From a virus (lineage: Duplodnaviria; Heunggongvirae; Uroviricota; Caudoviricetes): a stretch of 28,819 nucleotides of DNA. The notes under the pieces were generated by a model. The model was given only the letters and a program-made list of their open reading frames with translations, did not search any database and was not told the origin of the DNA. The DNA is taken from IMG/VR virus record IMGVR_UViG_2541047926_000006. One strand, given 5' to 3'. Positions within the stretch are counted from its first letter, which is position 1; each line of letters opens with the position of its first letter. Positions 18,149-24,945 of this stretch are shown here, in pieces. The translations under genes were made by a program, and so were the position numbers.

Positions 18149-18481
18149 ATGTCTGTCACAATTCAGGGAAATACCTCAACCGTTATTTCAAACAACTCCG
18201 CCCCGGAAGGAACATCAGAAATAGCCAAAATCACAAGACAAATTCAGGTGCTGACTGAAAAGCTTGGGAAAATCTCATCGGAAGAGGGGATGACGACACA
18301 GCAGAAAAAAGAAATGGCTGCATTGGTACAGAAGCAAATTGAAAGCCTCAGGGCTCAACTGGAGCAGTTGTTAAGGCAGCAGGCAGAGAAAAAGAATAAA
18401 GACGCGACAGTTCAGCCTGATAAAAAAGAAGAGAAAAAAGACGATACAAATACCGCTGGCACCATTGATATTTACGTCTAA
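18149..18481 (+). CDS. flxA: FliA-regulated protein FlxA
   Basis: 110 aa, MSVTIQGNTSTVISNNSAPEGTSEIAKITRQIQVLTEKLGKISSEEG...; coiled-coil-like, Lys/Glu-rich C-terminus. Confidence 0.9.
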   Translation: MSVTIQGNTSTVISNNSAPEGTSEIAKITRQIQVLTEKLGKISSEEGMTTQQKKEMAALVQKQIESLRAQLEQLLRQQAEKKNKDATVQPDKKEEKKDDTNTAGTIDIYV

Positions 18482-18496
18482 GTGACAGCCGTATTG

Positions 18497-18520
18497 TGGC
18501 CCTCATCGGGCCACTTTTCG
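18497..18520 (+). terminator. Rho-independent terminator of flxA
   Basis: GTGGCCC TCATC GGGCCAC followed by TTTTCG. Confidence 0.7.
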
Positions 18521-18917
18521 CCATCAGCCTTTTCTTTAAAGACATATTATCTTTGTATCATTTCTGATAGTTAACATTACAAGATATAAGTAATGGACGC
18601 ACTCCCAATTAGTCTATTTAAATCGCCACGAGTTTAACTGACAACCCATGATCAATTATGAATTGCAACTATTTCTGTAGTCACTTTTGTGGGGACAGTC
18701 CACAAAACTGCCAACTTCCGCTTCTTGCTCTTAGCGGACATTAGCATAGGCTATTTACCATAACGCCTCATTACGCGCACCGCCCAGACTGACTCAGCGC
18801 GTTTCTGGCATATCCCCGGTAAAACAAGTAACAACCCCCCCGAAAATGAACACCAGAAACGCGACTTAAGAATCTACCCTATGAATGGATATGCACTCAA
18901 CCGAATCGATCTTGGTT

Positions 18918-20257
18918 TCAATCTATTTTATCGGGATCAGGCTTCTTTTTAGGTAACTTCGGGGGCTTAACTTGCTGATGACTTTGCGTTCGGCGCGTAA
19001 GCCAGGGATGGTCAGCTTTAGATTTAACATAGTATTTTGAGCGTAAATCAATACGGGCATTATCCACTCGTTCATGGACACTCTTTTCATCATCCAGTGG
19101 TATAGGCTCCGGGCCATCAACATACTTTTCCCAGCCCAGCGCTTTCCCGTCATACAGAACGTTAATTTCACCGTCAAAGTTCTCACATACAGTAACAACC
19201 GAATGCCTAAGTCGATATCCCCGGCCCTCACTGCGTACCTGAAACGCACTGCTTTTGTACTGGAAAGTGAGATTTTTAGACAGAACGCGCTTCGCCTGTA
19301 GGCTGAAGATATAACCCAGTTCCTCTTCAGAATGGTGCACATCAAGATGAGCATTATCAGTAGTACGAGGCGACGTAGCGAACCGGTTGTTATAGGCTTC
19401 AATAAAGGTCGGCAACCATGCATTTGCTGTTTCAATATCACTGATATTCTGAAGCCGCATTTCTTTGACCAGCCTGTCCTGTAGTGTCTGATTGGCGCGC
19501 TCTACCCGCCCTTTTGCCTGCGGGCTGTTGGCATGGATTGGCTCGATGCCCAGTGTCTTTATCGCACGAGTGAACTGGGTCAGCTCACCTTCCCGCTCTG
19601 GGTTATTTACCCTGAATATACTGTGTCTATCAGAGTAGAGAGCGAGCGGTACGCCATGATCATTAAGGTAACCCCGGAGGGTTTCCATGTAAGCCCGGGT
19701 TGTTTCAGCAGGCACAAAACGCAACGCCATCAACGCACTGGTGGCATCATCAATGAAAACGATCAGTGTACATCTGTGGCCTCGATTTTCAAACCAGTCA
19801 TGAGGTGAGCCATCAATCTGGATCAGTTCACCGTAAGATGGTCGTCGCATGCGGCGTTGATATATACGGGCAATTTTACGACGGCGTTCACGCCATAACC
19901 CCTCTTCTATCATCCACTTTCTGAGAGTTTCAACGGATAAAGATAAACCGTGTATCTCGCGCAATTTTTCGCACGCAAACGTAGGTCCAAAATCAGCGTA
20001 ACGGCCTTTGAGGAGTGAAATTACTGTGCTCTGAATTCAGTAGAAAAGGAATTATTAGGACGCTTTCCACGTCGGTGGGAAACCAGACCAGAAGGCCCTT
20101 CATTTCTATACCGTTGCACCAGACGTTTAACCTGCCGAATAGAAATGCCAATGCGTGCCGCAGCTTGTTCCTGAGTAATATGTCGATTAATTGACTCCTG
20201 AATAATCTGAAGTCGGTGGAGTTCCTTATGACTCATCGTAACAGTCTCTTTGATCAT
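18918..20257 (-). pseudogene. DDE (rve-superfamily) integrase/transposase, split into an N-terminal HTH ORF and a catalytic ORF in a different frame
   Basis: 78-aa HTH ORF (20021..20257, ...ISIRQVKRLVQRYRNEG...) and 348-aa ORF (18918..19964) with D...D...E spacing (IQIDGS, YSDRHS, KGRVER). The frames differ by 1 nt and no A6G-type slippery site was seen. Confidence 0.65.
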
Positions 20258-20290
20258 GAAAAATCCCCCAGAGAATTGTCTGGGGACATT

Positions 20291-20710
20291 TTAGAATGGT
20301 TCAAAGGGGACATTACAGCTTGGTGTTAACAATAGCCTGCTTCTCCTTGCCTTCCGGCACTCGCGACAGATTATGTTTAGACGACTGTCGTAGCGACGTA
20401 TTTCTCCGTCAGGTAATGACCAGATAAGGTCCGGATCAACCACAGCAGGTTTCTTCACCTTTGCCCTCGAGAGTTTTTTGCGGGCGTTTTGCCAGTCCTT
20501 ACGCGCCTGTTCAGACGGGAATAACCCGTAACCAGAGCTGTATACATCGCCACTGGCAACCAGCTCTCTGGCCAGAACGCTCATCAGATATCTTGTTGCC
20601 CCAGTTTTAGCTTCCAGTTGTCGTAACGTCTCGCGCCCACTCTGGCGTACGAGTTCCACCACCTGCCCTTTAATTTTTTCCCGCTCTTCTTGTGTAAAAA
20701 CTTTTGCCAC
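20291..20710 (-). CDS. Hypothetical early-operon protein, possibly 3'-truncated by the adjacent DDE element
   Basis: 139-aa ORF; the last ~25 residues look non-native (…ICRECRKARRSRLLLTPSCNVPFEPF). It ends 33 nt from the start of the HTH ORF. Confidence 0.45.
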   Translation of the reverse strand: MAKVFTQEEREKIKGQVVELVRQSGRETLRQLEAKTGATRYLMSVLARELVASGDVYSSGYGLFPSEQARKDWQNARKKLSRAKVKKPAVVDPDLIWSLPDGEIRRYDSRLNIICRECRKARRSRLLLTPSCNVPFEPF

Positions 20711-20750
20711 AAGTCCTCCTGAACATTACTTTATACCCTAAAATCAACAC

Positions 20751-21716
20751 TTATCCCCTGAAACCAGGCGGAATTTCTGTATCCGGTTCAGAAATATGAT
20801 TCACACAACGCTGTACAGGTGAACGTCCCAGGCGGATGACCAGTTCGTCCCATTTTTCGCGGAGTTTTGACGGGCTCATGATGTTTTTTACCCAGAATTG
20901 ATCTCGCTGTACCCGACCAAACATTTCGCAAATTTGTCTGTGGCTTCTGCCATCCAGCATCCGCATTGTGCGCACGTCATTGGCCCAGGCTGTCCAGTTA
21001 GGCTCTTTTGGTCGCATGATCTCTCCATCGTCGCTGGCAGCCTGTTCGTAAAGGTTCACGATCCGCCCCCAAATCCACTGCGCACACGCCAAATCCTCCC
21101 TGCTACCCCACTGGCGTTTTTTCGCACTAAACACAACCGCGTCGGGGTTCCGGGTTAAAAAATCCTGTTCAGCGGTCTGCGGGTCCGGTTGCGAAGCTTC
21201 CGGACGAAAAGTGTTTTTATTCTCTGTAGTAATCTCTGTTGTATTCTCTGTAAGATCATCAGGCCATTTTGACCCGATGACATTGGGTCGTTTTGAACCA
21301 ATGGAGCGTTTCATTTTGACCTCTTCCATCGTGTCATTTTGACCTGATGGAGCGGCGCATTTTAAACCGATGGATTCGCTCAATTTGCCACCATCTAAAA
21401 GCTCGCTCCCGTAGTTGATCGTGTAGAAATTGGTCATATCGCGCTTTGATTTATTGAGCTTTTCACAACGCAAAAGCCCCAGCGTTTTCAGACTTGCAAA
21501 CGCGCGCTTTAACGTTGACTCTGACCAGAATGGGAACTGTTCCAGCCATTGTTCCGTTGTGTTGTAAATCCAGCGAACACCATCACATTCCATGCCGGAA
21601 TTGGTATCTCTCAACCAGTAATGCAACTGCTGCAACACAATGGCTTCATTTAAGCCAATCTTCATCGCAAGCTGTGTGTTTATAACCAGTGGGCGTTCAG
21701 CAAAAAGAAGGCTCAT
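20751..21716 (-). CDS. Phage replication initiation / replisome-organiser-like protein
   Basis: Winged-helix-like N-terminal region (…LNEAIVLQQLHYWLRD…), acidic linker and conserved C-terminus. Start uncertain: the maximal ORF starts at TTG 21770; ATG 21716 was chosen. Confidence 0.6.
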   Translation of the reverse strand: MSLLFAERPLVINTQLAMKIGLNEAIVLQQLHYWLRDTNSGMECDGVRWIYNTTEQWLEQFPFWSESTLKRAFASLKTLGLLRCEKLNKSKRDMTNFYTINYGSELLDGGKLSESIGLKCAAPSGQNDTMEEVKMKRSIGSKRPNVIGSKWPDDLTENTTEITTENKNTFRPEASQPDPQTAEQDFLTRNPDAVVFSAKKRQWGSREDLACAQWIWGRIVNLYEQAASDDGEIMRPKEPNWTAWANDVRTMRMLDGRSHRQICEMFGRVQRDQFWVKNIMSPSKLREKWDELVIRLGRSPVQRCVNHISEPDTEIPPGFRG

Positions 21717-22218
21717 AATTCCATCCAGCTTTTTGTTGGTATTGCTGTCGATACGCAAGTTTGAAAGCAATTGCTTTTTCTATAAGTTCGTCAGTTTCAC
21801 GATCCACTACGGCAGGATCAGCAAAAAGCAGTCCGGACTCCACCACATCGCCATATTCTTTGTTTAACCCGGCGATCATGTACGTGATGCTTTTTCCGTC
21901 ACTAATTTCACGATACAACCTGAAATCATTAATCCGAATAGCCTCCATAATTGCAGGCACTAGCGCCGTGAACTTTTCACGCTTATCCCTGGTGTCGATA
22001 GCCTTCCAGCGTTCGAATATCTTCACTCGATTAACGCCAAGTGCTCGCTGATCAACCGCGCCACCTTCATCTGTGACACGCTGAACATCGATGTTCGGGC
22101 GCTCTTTCAAAGCCCAGAATGCTTCAGTGATTAATATCGTCGCCTGCTCCTGTGTCATTCCTGGTCGACATATCCAGGCATCCAGAGCCTCACGAGCCTG
22201 TTCAGGAGTGATTTTCAT
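21697..22218 (-). CDS. Hypothetical early regulatory protein downstream of dicC (possibly CII-like, CP76 type)
   Basis: 173-aa ORF overlapping the dicC 3' end by 17 nt. Family assignment is a guess from position and size. Confidence 0.45.
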   Translation of the reverse strand: MKITPEQAREALDAWICRPGMTQEQATILITEAFWALKERPNIDVQRVTDEGGAVDQRALGVNRVKIFERWKAIDTRDKREKFTALVPAIMEAIRINDFRLYREISDGKSITYMIAGLNKEYGDVVESGLLFADPAVVDRETDELIEKAIAFKLAYRQQYQQKAGWNYEPSFC

Positions 22219-22432
22219 TGTTCAACCGCCCCGCCCGCTTCGTCTTACGATATTCATCATAAACTTTGGGATCATACTGAAGCTCCCCGCCAGATGCCTC
22301 CTGTAGACGCATCGCGCGACCTTCGGGAACTAAATCCCCTTTCCAGCTATAAAGCGAAGCCAAACGAATACCTGCTGCTTGTGCAAGTTTTGTTTTTGAA
22401 CCGAAATACAAAAGAGCGTCAGTTTTAAGCAT
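22202..22432 (-). CDS. dicC: Cro-like repressor DicC
   Basis: 76 aa, MLKTDALLYFGSKTKLAQAAGIRLASLYSWKGDLVPEGRAMRLQEASGGELQYDPKVYDEYRKTKRAGRLNNENHS. Divergent from dicA. Confidence 0.9.
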   Translation of the reverse strand: MLKTDALLYFGSKTKLAQAAGIRLASLYSWKGDLVPEGRAMRLQEASGGELQYDPKVYDEYRKTKRAGRLNNENHS

Positions 22433-22437
22433 TTAAA

Positions 22438-22475
22438 ACACCTTTATTGTTAGTCATAACTAACAATAAAGGTGT
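22438..22475. promoter_or_regulatory. DicA/DicC operator: perfect inverted repeat (17-bp arms, 4-bp spacer) in the dicC-dicA intergenic region
   Basis: ACACCTTTATTGTTAGT CATA ACTAACAATAAAGGTGT, starting 6 nt upstream of the dicC ATG. Confidence 0.7.
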
Positions 22476-22515
22476 TAACAAAAACATAGTCAATACGATT
22501 TAGCATTAGCTAACT

Positions 22516-22923
22516 ATGGAAACAAAAAATTTAACTATCGGCGAACGCATCAGGTATCGTCGGAAAAACCTCAAACACACCCAAAGGTCTCTTGCTAAAG
22601 CCCTGAAAATCTCCCATGTGTCTGTATCACAATGGGAACGGGGTGATAGTGAACCTACAGGGAAGAACCTTTTTGCCCTCAGCAAAGTATTGCAATGCTC
22701 ACCAACATGGATTCTATTTGGCGATGAAGACAAGCAACCAACACCACCTGTTGAGAAGCCAGTTGCCTTATCCCCCAAAGAACTAGAGCTCCTTGAGCTG
22801 TTTAATGCACTGCCAGAATCAGAACAGGATACCCAGCTCGCCGAAATGCGAGCTCGAGTAAAAAACTTCAATAAACTCTTTGAAGAATTACTAAAAGCCC
22901 GTCAGCGGACAAATAAAAGATAA
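22516..22923 (+). CDS. dicA: Prophage repressor DicA (HTH_XRE)
   Basis: 135 aa, METKNLTIGERIRYRRKNLKHTQRSLAKALKISHVSVSQWERGDSEPTGKNLFALSKVLQCSPTWILFGDE.... Confidence 0.92.
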   Translation: METKNLTIGERIRYRRKNLKHTQRSLAKALKISHVSVSQWERGDSEPTGKNLFALSKVLQCSPTWILFGDEDKQPTPPVEKPVALSPKELELLELFNALPESEQDTQLAEMRARVKNFNKLFEELLKARQRTNKR

Positions 22924-22956
22924 CATCATCAATGAGTTATCTTTTACCACATCAAT

Positions 22957-23010
22957 TATGTTAGCTATAGCATACAAAATCACTTGACCGATATGTTAGT
23001 CATGGCTAAT
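22957..23010 (+). promoter_or_regulatory. Operator-like repeats upstream of ydfA (dicB operon promoter region)
   Basis: Two sequences resembling the dicC operator half-site: TGTTAGCTATAGCATACA (22959..22976) and TGTTAGTCATGGCTAA (22994..23009). Confidence 0.5.
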
Positions 23011-23089
23011 CTTGTTTGCATCAACACACCGCACGGTGTTCTCAGCAAACAGTTCCGCTACCCCAGCGTTAAGGGGAAATGAGGTCAGC

Positions 23090-23245
23090 ATGGATACTAT
23101 CGATCTTGGCAACAACGAATCTCTGGTGTACGGCGTGTTTCCAAACCAGGACGGCACGTTCACCGCAATGACGTATACCAAAAGCAAAACGTTTAAAACC
23201 GAAAATGGTGCCCGTCGCTGGCTGGAAAGAAACTCAGGTGAGTGA
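23090..23245 (+). CDS. ydfA: Small protein YdfA
   Basis: 51 aa, MDTIDLGNNESLVYGVFPNQDGTFTAMTYTKSKTFKTENGARRWLERNSGE. GAGG Shine-Dalgarno 8 nt upstream. Confidence 0.85.
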   Translation: MDTIDLGNNESLVYGVFPNQDGTFTAMTYTKSKTFKTENGARRWLERNSGE

Positions 23246-23246
23246 T

Positions 23247-23822
23247 ATGGATTTCGACACAATCATGGAAAAGGCTTACGAAGAATACTTCGAAGGCCTT
23301 GCCGAAGGCGAAGAAGCTCTCAGCTTCAGTGAGTTTAAACAGGCACTCAGAATAAGAATGTGCTCTCACAATGACGCGGAGCACAAATATGAGAAGCAAA
23401 ATCAGACCGCAGAAAATTTTGTTCTGGAACCCGGAGAAACGCTTTTCAAAATTCCCGTTACGTGCCCCATTTGCGGTTTTACATCAGAAGAACTTGACGA
23501 CTCCTGTAACAATCAGGAAACAACCAAGTATGTCGAAGATGATACCGAGTGCGCACGAAGAACGATTATATCCACGAGTCCAAACTCCAGGACCAATAAA
23601 TCTCACTATGAGAGGGTGATTAATCCACTCCCCCAAACCAATAAAAAAGATGCCGGAGGACAAAAAACCCAATGGAACAACGGGATATCTGTCAAAAAAA
23701 GACGTTCCATTAAAGACAAACAACGCAGCGCCAACAACTGTAAGCGCTTTATACCAGTAATCAATTTTCATGTTCTTAAGCGGATTTATTGGTGGTTGCG
23801 ACATTGCTTAATGAATCCTTAA
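23247..23822 (+). CDS. 191-aa protein with a CxxC zinc-ribbon motif, covering the ydfB/ydfC region
   Basis: ATG at 23247 overlaps the ydfA stop. MDFDTIMEKAYEEYFEG...PVTCPICGFTSEELDDSC.... I recall K-12 carrying two short genes (ydfB, ydfC) here; in this sequence the frame is continuous. Confidence 0.55.
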   Translation: MDFDTIMEKAYEEYFEGLAEGEEALSFSEFKQALRIRMCSHNDAEHKYEKQNQTAENFVLEPGETLFKIPVTCPICGFTSEELDDSCNNQETTKYVEDDTECARRTIISTSPNSRTNKSHYERVINPLPQTNKKDAGGQKTQWNNGISVKKRRSIKDKQRSANNCKRFIPVINFHVLKRIYWWLRHCLMNP

Positions 23823-24081
23823 AACTGTGGTGATTTTAAGGATACCACCTCGCCTGACGTGGTTAAAAGCAGGCACACAACACGAAAGCGCACGGCGAAG
23901 TTCGTCTCACTGTACGGTGTCGTTAAATTTAATTCGACCGTGCGCTTCCGGTTGTGGCAACCCGCAAAATGGCGCGGCGGTAAGTATGGCGGGGTTATTC
24001 CTTCCCCGTTGAGGACACCGGGTTGTCAGGTTGACCATACGCTTAAGTGACAACCCCGCTGCAACGCCCTCTGTTATCAAT

Positions 24082-24134
24082 TTTCTGGTGACGTTTGGCG
24101 GTATCAGTTTTACTCCGTGACTGCTCTGCCGCCC
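24082..24134 (+). ncRNA. dicF: DicF small RNA (Hfq-dependent; represses ftsZ translation)
   Basis: TTTCTGGTGACGTTTGGCGGTATCAGTTTTACTCCGTGACTGCTCTGCCGCCC followed by TTTTT, matching the DicF sequence as I recall it, including its intrinsic terminator. Confidence 0.9.
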
Positions 24135-24308
24135 TTTTTAAAGTGAATTTTGTGATGCGGTGAATACGGCTAAGCGCACGCGGAACAGTTAAAACCAAAA
24201 ACAGTGTTATGGGTGGATTCTCTGTATCCGACGTTAATTGTTAACTGGTTAACGTCACCTGGAGGCACCAGGCACTGCATCACAAAATTCATTGTTGAGG
24301 ACGCGATA

Positions 24309-24497
24309 ATGAAAACGTTATTACCAAACGTTAATACGTCTGAAGGTTGTTTTGAAATTGGTGTCACTATCAGTAACCCTGTATTTACTGAAGATGCCAT
24401 TAACAAGAGAAAACAAGAACGGGAGCTATTAAATAAAATATGCATTGTTTCAATGCTGGCTCGTTTACGTCTGATGCCAAAAGGATGTGCACAATGA
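24309..24497 (+). CDS. dicB: Cell-division inhibitor DicB
   Basis: 62 aa, MKTLLPNVNTSEGCFEIGVTISNPVFTEDAINKRKQERELLNKICIVSMLARLRLMPKGCAQ. GAGGA Shine-Dalgarno. Confidence 0.92.
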   Translation: MKTLLPNVNTSEGCFEIGVTISNPVFTEDAINKRKQERELLNKICIVSMLARLRLMPKGCAQ

Positions 24498-24685
24498 ATT
24501 CAGCATTTGCGCTTGTTCTGACAGTTTTTCTTGTTTCCGGAGTGCCAGTTGATATTGCAGTCAGTGTTCACAGGACAATGCAGGAGTGTATGACTGCAGC
24601 AACCGAACAGAAAATTCCCGGTAACTGTTACCCGGTCGATAAAGTTATTCACCAGGATAATATCGAAATCCCGGCAGGTCTTTAA
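24494..24685 (+). CDS. ydfD: Small membrane lysis protein YdfD
   Basis: 63 aa, MNSAFALVLTVFLVSGVPVDIAVSVHRTMQECMTAATEQKIPGNCYPVDKVIHQDNIEIPAGL. ATGA overlap with the dicB stop. Confidence 0.9.
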   Translation: MNSAFALVLTVFLVSGVPVDIAVSVHRTMQECMTAATEQKIPGNCYPVDKVIHQDNIEIPAGL

Positions 24686-24945
24686 AACAGTTCCGTAATA
24701 AATATCCGGTTTCATTCTTATATGCCAGCAATGGCAGGGATTTGTTCATCCTTAAATCTGTCATGAGGTTAAAACAAAATGAGTAAAGTCTTTATTTGCG
24801 CCGCTATTCCTGACGAACTGGCAACTTTCACTGGCAGTTCCTGGAACATTATCCGGCTGCTCAGGACTGCGCTTATAAATTTATTGTCTGCGAGGATAAA
24901 CCTGGCATACCCCGCCCTGCCCTCGATTCATGGGATGCTGAATAT

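Noticed and set aside
18692-20290. TGGGGACA motifs near both ends of the DDE element as possible terminal repeats
   Set aside because: They are direct, not inverted, only 8 bp long, and expected by chance in a window this size; IS boundaries cannot be defined from them.
23827-24050. Two overlapping ~60-aa ORFs just upstream of dicF
   Set aside because: Arg/Ser/Cys-rich translations without ribosome-binding sites; the interval is better explained as the untranslated precursor region from which DicF is processed.
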